A DNA stretch of 63,982 nt, filler included, from Chiloscyllium plagiosum (taxonomy: Eukaryota), in NCBI RefSeq assembly GCF_004010195.1. It is 5 parts of one record of this genome, joined end to end, with 100 filler letters (N's around TTAATTAATTAA, not from the genome) between each part and the next. Parts side by side here need not be neighbours in the genome. Positions count along the whole stretch, not along the records: positions 1 to 29,214 come from NC_057712.1; 4 more parts are not named here. One strand, written 5' to 3'. The notes under the pieces were generated by a model. The model was given only the letters and a program-made list of their open reading frames with translations, made no database searches and had not been told where the DNA came from. How positions within the stretch are numbered: position 1 is the first letter of the stretch; each line of letters begins with the position of its first letter. This document shows, one piece after another, positions 12,001 through 24,714 of this stretch. Made by a program: the position numbers and the translations under genes.

Positions 12001-13294
12001 GCAACATTTGCAACATTTCAATGTCCATTTTTAAAAGCAAAGTGATTTTCAGAATGCTCCAAATAGATTACATCTCCTGTTATAAAAGTGAAGTCTAGAC
12101 ATGACTTTACTGGGCACTCAGGCCTCTGCCAAATAGGGAAAAAATAAAATGTTGGCTGCATTTATCTTACCTTGTTATTATTATGTCCACAAGACATGAA
12201 GAGAAATCATAGACTGTTTTAATTGTTTGTCTGTGGTTCTGTTAAAAAAACTAGAGGTTTACAGTATGACAACAGTTCCTTCAGCCTAAATTTGTCCATG
12301 TATATATTTTCTTGTGTACATTTCAACGTGAACTCTGCTGGACTAAAACATGGCAATCATTGTTCCAATAAATGGAAGGATTCCAATCGACAGTTACCAG
12401 AAAGAGTGTCATCCTCCAGACTTCCATAACCTTACATTGTAGGGACACTGCAATCAAACTAACTTAAAGGATATGAGACACTATTAGGAAAGCAAAAGTC
12501 TTTTCAAAGTCATACGGTGAAAGTTCAAGGCCACTGTGTTCCTTAAAGAATGAAGGGCATGGACAGCAAGTCCACGGAATCCTGGATGTCAAGGGATATT
12601 GAGAGCTTGATCAAGAAAAAGAAGAAAGCATATGTTAGGTACAATACATTAAAAACAGGGGAGGCTATTTTGAAGTATAGAGTGTAGAGAGTGTAACATT
12701 AAATTAGTAGGGCAAAGAGGGGCCATGAAATATCTTTGGCAGATAGAATTAAAGAAAAACTAAATGCATTTGATAAGCATATTCAGAACAAGAAAAATAC
12801 CAGATAAAGAGTGGGACTTATTAGGGACCAAAGCGGCTGTCCATGTGTGGAGCTACAGGATATAGGTGAGGTCTTCAATGAATATTAGTCATCTGTATTC
12901 ACAAAGGAGAAATACATTGTACCTGGACCTGGAGATGTCAATTGCTTTGGTGAGGCTCTAAAAGATGTTAAAATTAATAAGGAGGAGATTTAGATGTTTT
13001 ACAGGGCATTAAAGGGCACATATCCCCACGGCCTGATGAAAATGATCCCAGACGGCTCTGGGAGGCATGGGAGTAGGTTACTGGGGCTGTGGTGGAGATA
13101 TTTAATACTTTGTTGGCTGCGGGTGAGGTGCCAGATGACTACAGGATAGTTAATGTATTTGCTTTATTCAGGAAGGGCAACAGGAGTAGTCCAGGTAATT
13201 ACAGAGCAATTAGTCTCAAGTCAGTCATCAGAAAATTATTAGAAGAAAATGCTGAGACAGTGAATAAATCAATACAGGGGAAAGCAGGAATTGA

Positions 13295-13727
13295 GCTGAA
13301 AATGTGTTGCTGGAAAAGCGCAGCAGGTCAGGCAGCATCCAAAGAGCAGGAGAATCGACGTTTCGCTCAGATTTCTCCAGTTTCCTCATTTCCCCTCCCC
13401 CCACCTTGTCTCAGTCAAATCCCTCGAACTCAGCACTGCCTTCCTAACCTGCAATAATCTTCCTGACCTCTCCACCCCCACCCCCCTTCCCGCCTATCAC
13501 CCTCACCTTAACCTCCTTCCACCTATCGCATTTCCACCGCCCCTCCCCCAAGTCCCTCCTCCCTACCTTTTATCTTAGCCTGCTTGGCACACTTTCCTCA
13601 TTCCTGAAGAAGGGCTCATGCCCGAAACGTCGATTCTCCTGCTCTTTGGATGCTGCCTGACCTGATGCGCTTTTCCAGCAACACATTTTCAGCTCTGATC
13701 TCCAGCATCTGCAGTCCTCACTTCCTC
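13295..13727 (+). mobile_element. 5'-truncated PLE (3' UTR plus terminal repeat) with inverted 5' copy and 14-bp TSD
   Basis: AAAGCAGGAATTGA at 13281-13294 and 13728-13741; inverted terminal copy at 13294-13365; C-rich 3' UTR. Confidence 0.9.
13604..13631 (+). ncRNA. Minimal hammerhead ribozyme core (PLE)
   Basis: CTGAAGA-A-GGGC-TCAT-GCCC-GAA-ACGT-C. Confidence 0.78.
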
Positions 13728-15172
13728 AAAGCAGGAATTGATTAGTGATAGTCAGCATAGATTTGTTGGAAAGCTGATCCAAAATGTAGCTCATAAATAG
13801 GAGGGAAAAGGTGATGGTGAAAGGATGTTTCTGTGTTTGGGAACATGTGGCCAGCAATGCATCAAAGAGATTGGTGCTGGGACCCTTGCTGTTTGTTATG
13901 TACATTAAGGATTGGATGTGAATGTCGAAGGTATAATTGGTAAGTTGGCAGATGGCACAAAAATTGGAGGTGTTGTTAATAGTGAAGAGGATGGTCTCAG
14001 GCTACTTACTGGTCTCAGCTCATAAGCTGAGCAGAGCAATGACAGATGGAATTTAATCCTGATAAATGCGAGGTGATGCATTTTGGGAGGTCGCATAAAA
14101 TAAGGACATACATAACGAATGGTAAATTCCTACGGAGTACTAAGGAACAAAGGGACCTTGGGTGTACAAGTCTGTAGATCCTTGAAGGTGTCAACAAAGG
14201 TAAACAGGGTGGTGAAGAAAGCAAACAGGATGCTCGCCTTCATTAGCCGGAGCATAGACTATGGGAAAGTCTTGTTCAAACATTGACTGGGCAACAAATG
14301 GAATACTGCATGTAGTTCTGGTTACGACACGATCATAAGGATGTGACACACTGGATAGGATACAGAAGAGATTCACCAAGATAAGGCCTGGGATGAAAAG
14401 TCTCAGTTATGAGGAAAGACTGGATTGGCTGAGTTTGTTTTCCTTTTTTACTGCATCTCAGTATATGTGACAACAATAAAACAATCAATCATTCAATTAT
14501 CTTAAATCCTACTGAATTATGATCACTATCCTGGAGATACTCCCCTATTACCACATCTATTACTTATCTGGCTTTATTCTCTAAAATCAGGTCCAGCATT
14601 GTGTCCTCTCTTGCAGGACTCTCTATATTCTGGCCTAAAAAGCTCTCCTGAATTCAATTTACAACTGTCTCACAGCATACATTCCCACTTAGCTTTATAT
14701 TGCCCACAAATTTGGCAATATTTCATTTGGTCTCCACATACAGTCATTGATAAATATTGTGAACAGCTGGGCCCCAAGTACTGAACCAGAAGAATCCAGA
14801 TAAATTACATCTACAGCATCCCCATTGTCCACCTTGCTTGTTACATCTTTGAAGAACTCTAGCAAATTAGTCAAACATGATGTTCGATAGTACCTTGCCC
14901 TATCTTTGCCTGAATGTTCTTAAACTGTAGTGTGGGTCACTTTGTAACGCATGATATTCATGTTCTTCTCAGCTTTGTGGATTCATTGTAGTTATTCTAA
15001 TCTCCACTTGAGTTCCAAAGCATGGAGTTGGCAAATGGGTATCATGTGGGAAATGTAAAGTTGTTCATTTTGGGAGTATTATTTAATTATTATTATTTAA
15101 GTAAAGAGAAAAACTGCAGAAAGCTGCAGTACATGGGGATTTGAGGGTACTTGTGCATGAAATACAGAAAGG

Positions 15173-15175
<3 letters not shown>

Positions 15176-15250
<75 letters not shown>
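15176..15250. repeat. (CA)n microsatellite, about 37 units
   Basis: Uninterrupted CA run. Confidence 0.98.
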
Positions 15251-15252
<2 letters not shown>

Positions 15253-15289
15253 CCCTAACGTATTCCCGTCCGGAAGGTGGGTGTGAAAT

Positions 15290-15760
15290 GCATGTTCCAG
15301 CTGTGATGTAACTGGTCAAACCACTCGATGTTAAGAAAAACAATTTATTTAAACACTGTTGTTAAAATACAAACAAAAGAAAGCGAAATTGGCAAACTTA
15401 ACCAAATAATAGATACAGTATCGATTACTAATTAACTGTTCCAATATAGAAACACACCCCTTGTCAAAAGAGTAAATTCAGACACAGATTCTTACAGGCA
15501 ATTCTCCTGGAGGAAATAAACATCAAGAGAGATTTCAGAGAATGTAGCAGCTAGGAATCATTTTACTGAAGCTCCAACTCTTCTGGGACCCAAACAGTTT
15601 CTGACTGCCACAGTAAAAATATTAGAAAGCCTGATCTGTAGAACTGGCCGCTCCCCTTCCATTGTTACAGCTGTTTTAAAAGTAACCTAAAGGCCTTCTC
15701 TGATTGTTGATGTAGGCTGTCTTCTGCAGCCACTTCAGCACCACTTTACAACTTGCATTG
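15290..15760. mobile_element. Dispersed repeat, probable solo LTR; related to 42705-43285
   Basis: Shares colinear blocks with the 42.7-43.3 kb copy: GTGATG..CTG.TCAAACCACTC, AATTTATTTAAACA, ACTGTTCCAAT, ATTCA.ACACAG.TTCTTACA. Confidence 0.5.
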
Positions 15761-15954
15761 AGCTTTGCTGGAGCCCTGCAGCAAGCATGAGACAGAGATG
15801 TTGGTCAGAGAACAGTTGCATGTTGAAGTGGCAGGAAGCTCAGGGTTGATGGACAAGAAAAAAGATTGGAATGGAAATCCTGTCAGTGAGAGGAACAGAA
15901 CTTCTTCAAGATGGGCATGTCCAGAACGTAAGTATCTGTGAGTTAAGTACTAAA

Positions 15955-16620
15955 GCAAAACTGGAAGAACTGCGGATGCTGAAAATCGGAGATAAGATAG
16001 AAATTGCTGGAAAAGCTTAGCAGGGAGGGGAAAGTGAGGACTGCAGATGCTGGAGATCAGAGTCGAAGAATCTGGTGCTGGAAAAGCACAGCTGGTCAGG
16101 CAGCAGCGGATGAGCAGGAGAATCGATGTTTCGGGCATGAGCCCTTCTTCAGGAATGAGGGAATCAGGTCTGGCTGTATCTGTGGAGAGCGCACGCTTGC
16201 AGAACAGCTCCTCATTTTCAGCCTTCCAAACTCAATATCGCGTTAAATTACTTTAGGGTCTGAGCTCTCCTATATTCTTATCCTAACCCCCACAACCTGA
16301 CCTTGGTATCATATAGTCTGCTATTTCACACCACCCATTGCTAGCCATTAACAGTCCCCATTAGTAGCTGTTCACTCTTCTAGCCAGATCGTTATTCACT
16401 CTGTTGTCTGTCCAACTGCTCTTCTATCCCTTTAGGCTCTATAGCCACCTATCATTTACTCCCTACCCACTCACCCCACCATTTCTTGTGCAAATAAACT
16501 GACATTTTCCTAGCTACCATCAGTTCTGAGGAAGGGTCACTCGACCCGAAACATTAACTCCAATTTCTCTCCACAGATGCTCCCAGACGTATTGAGCTTT
16601 TCCAGCAAATTCTATTTCTG
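15955..16620 (+). mobile_element. PLE (third end-family) with inverted ends, containing a nested PLE terminus at about 16030-16160
   Basis: Ends are inverted (AGAAATTGCTGGAAAAGCT / AGCTTTTCCAGCAAATTCT). The same end-family occurs at 62925-63600. Confidence 0.75.
16526..16555 (+). ncRNA. Minimal hammerhead ribozyme core (third PLE family)
   Basis: agtt-CTGAGGA-A-GGGTC-ACTC-GACCC-GAA-ACAT-T-aact: 4-bp stem I and 5-bp stem II. ACAT is probably CpG-decayed ACGT. Confidence 0.7.
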
Positions 16621-17082
16621 TGCCTGAGTTACTTTTGGTTTTTATGGTCCAATGATCTTAAGTAGTTGCTGATGGCTGGGATATGACACTATCCTAAAAT
16701 TACTACAATGATGTCCTAGGCCTGAAGTGATCAATCTCCAATAATTTCAATATCTTCCTCTGTGCTGAGTTGTAGCTCTACCTGATCAATACCTCAGGTT
16801 TTATATGCCCGGTGCTGCCCCGGGATACATCCATGCACACTTCATTGAACCATGGTTGATCCCTTGGCTTGATGGTAATGGGATGTGGTAGGCCATGAAG
16901 TTACAGATTGTAGTTCAGTGCCTCATGCATGCCAAAACTTGAGTGCTATATGAAATATTTCCCATTTAGCACCGTAGTATTGCCAAACAGTACAATGGAG
17001 GGTATCTCAATCTGAAAGTAGGATTATGTGATGGCCATTCTATCAATACTGTCATTGATGCACAAGTGAGAAATCGTGTAAG

Positions 17083-17844
17083 ATAAAAACAATGACTGCA
17101 GATGCTGGAAACCAGAGTCTAGATTAGAGTGGCGCTGGAAAAGCACAGCAGTTCAGGCAGCATCTGAGGACCAGTAAAATCCCTTCATCAGGAGTACAGG
17201 CAGAGTGCCTGAAGGGTGCAGAGATAAATGAGGGGTTAGGTGCCGGCGCATTGCTGCGAGCATGGACTGGGGGATCTTGAAGGAGAACCGTTGCTAGTGG
17301 TTTTGAATCTGTAGTCTGTACTGTTTGTCCTGTTCGGGTCCGAACTCTGCTGGTTTAAAGGTGGCCCGGAGTCGTTGTGGGATGAGTTGGTTACGGAGGC
17401 AGGCACTGAGGAAGCAAATGTGGCTGTAGTAGCGAATCTGTTTCAGGACATGGTTGAAGAGCTTCAGGGCAGAGGAAATGACCTGGGAGTTGCAGTGGGA
17501 GAGGGACTCCCTGAGATTCTTGTAGAGGGAGGAGGAAAACTTCTTCAAGGCAGGCATCCTTGCAAGAGGATTCGCAGTAGGGTTAAAATCAACTAGGTAA
17601 AAACAATGACTGCAGATGCTAGAAACCAGAGTCTAGATTAGAGTGGTGCTGGAAAAGCACAGCAGTTCAGGAAGCATCTGAGGAGCAGTAAAATCGATGT
17701 TTCGGGCAAAAGCCCTTCATCAGGAATACAGGTAGAGTGCCTGAATGCCTGTATTCCTGATGAAGGGCTTCTGCCTGAAACATCGATTTTACTGCTCCTC
17801 AGATGCTGCCTGACTGCTGTACTTTTCCAGCACCACTCTAATCT
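17083..17844 (-). mobile_element. Internally deleted PLE: inverted terminal repeat, terminal repeat, ORF N-terminus, 3' terminal repeat; 14-bp TSD
   Basis: AGAAATCGTGTAAG at 17069-17082 and 17845-17858. ORF 17294-17557 has HICFLSACLRNQLIPQRL (PLE N-terminal FL..C....IP motif). Hammerhead cores at 17696-17723 (-) and 17757-17784 (+). Confidence 0.85.
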
Positions 17845-17919
17845 AGAAATCGTGTAAGGAAATAACAGGTTTGCTTATGATCATTTTGGAACTCACTGTA
17901 TGAAAGGAGAATGTGCACT

Positions 17920-20475
17920 TAGAACATAGAACATAGAATATTACAGCTCAGTGCAGACCCTTCAGCCCTCGATGTTGTGGAACCAATCTGAAGTCCATCT
18001 ATCCTACACTATTCCATTTTCATCCATATGTTTATCCAATGACCATTTAAATGCCTATAAAGTTGGCGAGTCTACTACTGTGCTGAAAATGTGTTGCTGG
18101 AACAGCGCAGCAGGTCAGGCAGCATCCAGGGAACAGGAGAATCGACGTTTCGGGCATAAGCCCTTCTTCAAGAATCATGTCCGAAACGTCGATTCTCCTG
18201 TTCCCTGGATGCTGCCTGACCTGCTGCGCTGTTCCAGCAACACATTTTCAGCTCTGATCTCCAGCATCTGCAGACCTCACTTTCTCCTCGAGTCTACTAG
18301 TGTTGCAGGCAGTGCGATCCACGCCCTACTACTCTCTGAGTAAAGAAACTATCTCTGACATCTGTCCCATATCTATTACTCCTCAATTTAAAACTATGTC
18401 CCCTTGTGCCAGCCATCACCATCCGAGGAAAAAAACCTCTCACTGTCCACCCTATCTAACCTCTGATTATCTTATATGTTTCAATTAAGTCACCTCTCAA
18501 CCTTCTTCTGTCTAACAAAAACAGCCTCAAGTTCATCCACATTTCCTCAGAAGACCTTCCCTCCATCCAGGTAACATCCTAGTAAATCTCTTCTGCACCC
18601 TTTCCAAAATTTTCACATCCTTCCTATAATATGGTGACCAGAACTGTACGCAATACTCCAAGTGCGGCCGCACCAGAGTTTTGTTAAGCTGCAGCATGAC
18701 CTTGTGGCTCTGAAACTCAGTCACTCTACTAATTAAAGCTAACGTACTGTATGCCTTCTTAACAACCCTATCAACCTAGGTGGCAACTTTCAGGGATCTA
18801 TGTACGTGGACACCAAGATCATCTACACTACATGAATCTTACCATTAGCCCAGTGCTCTTTATTCCTTTTGCTCCTTCCAAAGTGAATCACCTCACACTT
18901 TTCCTCAGTAAACTCCACTTGTCATCTCTCAGCCCAACTCTGCAGCTTACCTATGTGCCTTTGTAGCCTGCAACATCCTTCAGCACTTTCCACAACTCCA
19001 CTGACCTTAGTGCCTCTTAGTGCAAGTATACTGACCCATCCTTCTATGCCCTCATCTAGGTCATTTATAAAAATGACAACAAGCAGTGACCCCAAAACAG
19101 ATCTTTGCGGTATACCACAAGCAACTGAACTCCAAATTAACATTTCCCATTAAACACCACCCTCTGTCTTCTTCCAGCTAGCCAATTTCTAATCCAAACT
19201 GCTAATTCACCCTCAATCCCATGCCTCTGTGTTTTGTGCAATAGCCTACTATTGGGCATCTCATCAAACGCCTTACTGAAATCCATATACACCACATCAA
19301 CCGCTTTACCCTCATCCACCTGTTTTGTCACCATCTCAAAGAACTCAATAAGGTTTGTGAGGCGTGACCTACCCTTCACAAAACTGTGTTGACTATCCTT
19401 AATCAACTTATTCCTCTGTAGATGATTATAAATCCTATCTGTTATAACCCTTTCCAACACTTTACCCACAACTGAAGTAAGGCTCACAGATCTGTAATTA
19501 CCAGTTGTCTCTACTCCCCTTCTTGAACAAGAGGACAACATTTTCTATCCTCCAGTCTTCTGGCACTATTCCTGTCGACAATGATAACATAAAGAGCAAA
19601 GCCAAAGGTCTGGCAATCTCCTACCTGGCTTCCCTGAGAATCCTAGGATAAATCCCATCCAGCCCAAAAGACTGATCTATTTTCACACTTTCCAGAGTTG
19701 ATAACACCTCCTCCTTGCGAATGTCAATCCTGTGTAGTCTAGTAGCCCGTATCTTAGGATTCTCCTCAATAACATTGTCTTTTTCCAGTGTGAATACTGA
19801 TACAAAAAATCCATTTAGCGCTTCCTCTATATCCTTGGACTCCATACACAACTTCGCACTACTATCCTTGATTGACCCTATTCTTTCTCTAGTCATTCTT
19901 TTATTCCTGATATACCTGTGGAAAGCTTTGGGGATTTCCTTGATCCTACCTGCCAATGACTTCTTCTGATACCTTCAAGCTCTTCTTAGCTCTCTTTTTA
20001 GGTCTTGCCTGGCTAACCTGTAACTCTCAAGTGCCCTAACTAAGCCTTCACGTCTCTTCCTAACGTAAGCCTTCTTCTTCCTCTTGACAGAGATTCAACT
20101 TCTTTAATAAACCACAGCTTCCTCACTCAACGACTACCTCCCTGCCTGACAGGTGCATACTTATCAAGGTTCCGCAGTAGCTGTTCATTGAATAAGCTCC
20201 ACATTTCAATTGTGCCCATCCCCTGCAGTTTGCTTCCCCATCCTATGCATCCTAAATCTTCCCTAATCGCATCATAATTGCCTTTCTACCAGCAATCACT
20301 CTTGCCCTGCGGTATATACCTATCCCTTTGCATCACTAAAGTAAACATAACCGAATTGTGATCACTATCACCAAAGTGCTCACCTACCTCCAAATCTAAC
20401 ACCTGGGCAGTTTCATTACCCAGGATCAAATCCAATGTGGCCTCACCCCTCATTGGCTTGTCTACATAATGTCAA
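17920..20475 (-). mobile_element. CR1 LINE ORF2, about 2.5 kb, frameshifted
   Basis: GNYRSVSLTSVVGKVLER, DVVYMDFSKAFD, GIPQRSVLG and LVRPHLEYCVQFWSP; (TAGAACA)n tail. Confidence 0.93.
18082..18289 (+). mobile_element. Miniature foldback PLE insertion in CR1
   Basis: About 70-bp inverted arms. CGAGTCTACTA(C/G)TGT is duplicated at 18067-18081 and 18289-18303. Confidence 0.88.
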
Positions 20476-23400
20476 CTAGGTGAGAGTACTGCAGGTGCTG
20501 GAGATTAGAGTCAAGAGTTTGGTGCTAGAAAAGCACAGCAGGTCAGGCAACATCCAAGGAGCAGGAAAATCGACGTTCGGGCAAAAGCCCTTTATCGGAA
20601 TCAGGCTGGGAGCCTTGGGGTGGAGAGATAAATGGGGGGGGCTAGGGGAAGGTAGCTGAGAGTGCAATAGGTGGCGGGAGGTGGGGGTAAAGGTGATAGG
20701 TCAGAGAGAAGGGTGGTGTAGTTAGGTGGGAAGGAAGATGAACAGATGGGACAGGTCATGAGGATGGTGCTGAGCTGGAAGATTGGAACTGGGATAAGGT
20801 GGGGGGAGGGGAAATGANNNNNNNNNNNNNNNNNNNNNNNNNNNNNNNNNNNNNNNNNNNNNNNNNNNNNNNNNNNNNNNNNNNNNNNNNNNNNNNNNNN
20901 NNNNNNNNNNNNNNNNNNNNNNNNNNNNNNNNNNNNNNNNNNNNNNNNNNNNNNNNNNNNNNNNNNNNNNNNNNNNNNNNNNNNNNNNNNNNNNNNNNNN
21001 NNNNNNNNNNNNNNNNNNNNNNNNNNNNNNNNNNNNNNNNNNNNNNNNNNNNNNNNNNNNNNNNNNNNNNNNNNNNNNNNNNNNNNNNNNNNNNNNNNNN
21101 NNNNNNNNNNNNNNNNNNNNNNNNNNNNNNNNNNNNNNNNNNNNNNNNNNNNNNNNNNNNNNNNNNNNNNNNNNNNNNNNNNNNNNNNNNNNNNNNNNNN
21201 NNNNNNNNNNNNNNNNNNNNNNNNNNNNNNNNGGGTTCGAGGGCAGAGGTGCGGGACGTGGGTGAGATGCAATGGAGGGCATCATTGACCACATGGGAGA
21301 GGAAACTGCGGTCTTTAAAGAAGGAGACCATCTGGTGTGTTCTGTGGTGGAACTGGTCTTCCTGGGAGCAGATGATGCAGAGGCAGAGGAATTGGGAATA
21401 ATGGATAGCATTTTTGCAGGAGGCAGGATGGGAGGAGGTGTAATCCAGACCTCACCTCTCATCACCAAATCATCATCTCCCAGATCGTACACAACCTCAT
21501 CACCTCAGGGGATCTCCAACCTCACAGTTCAGGAACCCTGCACCGCCCAATTCCACTTCCTACTCAAGTTCCACAAGCCTGACCACCCCGGCCTACCTAC
21601 CGTCTCAACCTGCTCCTGTCCCACCGAATTCATCTCCACATACCTCGATACCGTCCTATCCCTCTGGTCCAGGAACTCTCCACATAAGTTCAGGATACCA
21701 CCCACTCCCTCCACCTCCTCCAAGGCTTCTGTTTCCCTGGCCCCAATGCGTCATCTTCACCATGGACATCCAGTCCCTATACACTTCCATCTGCCATGAC
21801 CAGGACCTCTAAGCCCTCCATTCCTTCCTCTCCCGATGTCTCCACCAGTACCCTTCCACTGACGGTCTTATTCATCTGGCTGAACTGGTCCTCACCCTTC
21901 AACAATTTTTCCTTTGAATCCTCCCACTTGCTCCAGATGAAAGGGGTAGCTAAGGACACCCAATGGGCCCCACCTATGTCTATCTCTTTGTCGGCTAAAT
22001 GGAACAGTTACACCGACATCACTCTCCACTTTTTCCTACACTACATTGATGACTGCATCGGTGCCACCTCGTGCTCCCACGAGGAGGTTGAACAGTTCAT
22101 CAACTTCATGAACACATTCCAGTGCGACCTTAAATTCACCCGGACCATCTCTGATACCTCTCTCCCCTTCCTGGACCTCTCCATCTCCATCAATGGTGAC
22201 TGACTCAACATTGACATTTTCTACAAACCCACCGACTCTCACAGCTACCTGGATTGCACCTCCTCCCACCCTGCCTCCTGCAAAAATGCTATCCCTTATT
22301 CCCAATTAATCCTCATCCTCCACATCTGCTCCCAGGAGGACCAGTTCCACCATAGAACACACTAGGTGGCCTTCTTCTTTAAAGATCACAATTTCCCCAT
22401 CCACGTGGTTGAAGATGCCCTCCAACGCAGCTCATCGACGTCCCGCATCTCCACCCTTGCACCCCAGCCCTCCAACCGCAACAATGACAGAACCCCCATC
22501 CCCCCCGTCCTCACCTTCCACCCCACCAACCTCCACATACATCGCATCATCCTCTGCCATTTCTGCCACCTACAAACAGACCCNNNNNNNNNNNNNNNNN
22601 NNNNNNNNNNNNNNNNNNNNNNNNNNNNNNNNNNNNNNNNNNNNNNNNNNNNNNNNNNNNNNNNNNNNNNNNNNNNNNNNNNNNNNNNNNNNNNNNNNNN
22701 NNNNNNNNNNNNNNNNNNNNNNNNNNNNNNNNNNNNNNNNNNNNNNNNNNNNNNNNNNNNNNNNNNNNNNNNNNNNNNNNNNNNNNNNNNNNNNNNNNNN
22801 NNNNNNNNNNNNNNNNNNNNNNNNNNNNNNNNNNNNNNNNNNNNNNNNNNNNNNNNNNNNNNNNNNNNNNNNNNNNNNNNNNNNNNNNNNNNNNNNNNNN
22901 NNNNNNNNNNNNNNNNNNNNNNNNNNNNNNNNNNNNNNNNNNNNNNNNNNNNNNNNNNNNNNNNNNNNNNNNNNNNNNNNNNNNNNNNNNNNNNNNNNNN
23001 NNNNNNNNNNNNNNNNNNNNNNNNNNNNNNNNNNNNNNNNNNNNNNNNNNNNNNNNNNNNNNNNNNNNNNNNNNNNNNNNNNNNNNNNNNNNNNNNNNNN
23101 NNNNNNNNNNNNNNNNNNNNNNNNNNNNNNNNNNNNNNNNNNNNNNNNNNNNNNNNNNNNNNNNNNNNNNNNNNNNNNNNNNNNNNNNNNNNNNNNNNNN
23201 NNNNNNNNNNNNNNNNNNNNNNNNNNNNNNNNNNNNNNNNNNNNNNNNNNNNNNNNNNNNNNNNNNNNNNNNNNNNNNNNNNNNNNNNNNNNNNNNNNNN
23301 NNNNNNNNNNNNNNNNNNNNNNNNNNNNNNNNNNNNNNNNNNNNNNNNNNNNNNNNNNNNNNNNNNNNNNNNNNNNNNNNNNNNNNNNNNNNNNNNNNNN

Positions 23401-23717
23401 NNNNNNNNNNNNNNNNNNNNNNNNNNNNNNNNNNNNNNNNNNNNNNNNNNNNNNNNNNNNNNNNNNNNNNNNNNNNNNNNNNNNNNNNNNNNNNNNNNNN
23501 NNNNNNNNNNNNNNNNNNNNCTCTTATGATGTGGGGTTGAACAAATGGGCCTGTACTGTAATAGAGGAGATTCTTTGAAACACGGTTATTTGGGGGCTTG
23601 GGCTTTTGCCCGAAACGTCGATCTTGCCTGTCCTCGGATGCTGCCTGAATTGCTGTGCTCTTCCAGCACCACTGATCCAGAATCTGGTTTCCAGCATCTG
23701 CAGTCATTGTTTTTACC
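20476..23717 (+). mobile_element. Penelope-like element(s): degenerate RT (21446-22583) preceded by an inverted 3' portion (20476-21445); gapped
   Basis: FHFLLKFHKPDHPGLPTVS, HYIDDCIG and LPFLDLSISI. Segment 21233-21445 is the reverse complement of sequence like 22250-22460. The two outer termini may belong to different insertions. Confidence 0.82.
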
Positions 23718-24133
23718 TGTTCTAGCCATGTCTCTTCTTAATTGTGTACTCATGTCATGATTGCTCTCCATAGGGTTTTTTAAGTCAGTCTGCTTTTGAT
23801 GTTTAAGCTTAAGTAAGGTGGAAGCTATAAACACTGAAATATCCTGTAAGCTGATCTGCAAATTGTATTTTTGCCTTTCTATGACTTGACTGTCTCAACT
23901 GAGGCAGGTCATTCTTCTTCTAATATAGGCAAAAAAAAGGAAACTTCAAACATAATATCAAAAAATCAAAAATTATTTATCTAATTGTGATAATTTTCCT
24001 CATTAAATGTATTATCTTACATAATCTGCTGTAACATTCAGTCTGGCCTGTCCCCTGGAGTATATATTGGCAGCAAATCAGACAGTTTCAATATTTAAAA
24101 CATATTTTAAAAAACTTTCCCATTTTTACTCAC

Positions 24134-24268
24134 CAGTTTAGACAGATTCATATCTCTCAGTACCCTCATGACAATTGTTGATTCACTGTCTTCCGGTCGT
24201 GCTCTCTTCTGAGCTCCCAAAGTCCTCAAGACAGAAAGAATATTTCTCAAGCCAAAATCATAATGAAC
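24134..24268 (-). CDS. DNAH8: Dynein heavy chain exon, AAA1 lid ([45 protein letters not shown]); absent from the ORF track
   Basis: 135 bp, translated by hand. Acceptor ccAG at 24269-24270 and donor GTgagt at 24128-24133, phase 0/0. Carries the conserved dynein HYDFGLR motif; KRARPEDSE is DNAH8-like. Confidence 0.93.
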
Positions 24269-24714
24269 CTGGTGGTAATTAATTTAACAATTAATAAAAT
24301 TATTGATTGAACTGTTCGCTAAATTAAGATCTTGAGTCAAATTTTCAATGAAGAAACCTTCACCAGAAAAGAACAGAAAACACAGAAGATTTACGCCATA
24401 AAAGGGGCCCATTGTATCTGTATTGGTTAGAAAAGTCCACTTAAATGCCATGAGGTTTCTGTCTCTTCCAATGCATTCTGGTAATAGATTCTGGACCCCA
24501 TCAAATTTCTAAGTTTCTCCTCCCTGATAATCATTGTATCAATGACTATAAATCTGTATATTCAGTCTATCGTGATAAATGACCTCTCGAGTAAGGGGTA
24601 TAGTCTCTTCCAAATTGAATATGTCCTACCCTTTAAGAATTTTGTACACTGAAAGTTCATCTTACTTTAGCCTCTTCTTCCATGTTCCAAAAAGAAGACA
24701 ACCTCAGTCAATCT

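Larger units (their letters stand above)
12500..14445 (+). mobile_element. Degenerate CR1 LINE ORF2, hosting a PLE insertion
   Basis: GEVPDDYRIVNVFALFRKGNRSSPGNYRAISL, plus downstream RT remnants. Confidence 0.85.
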
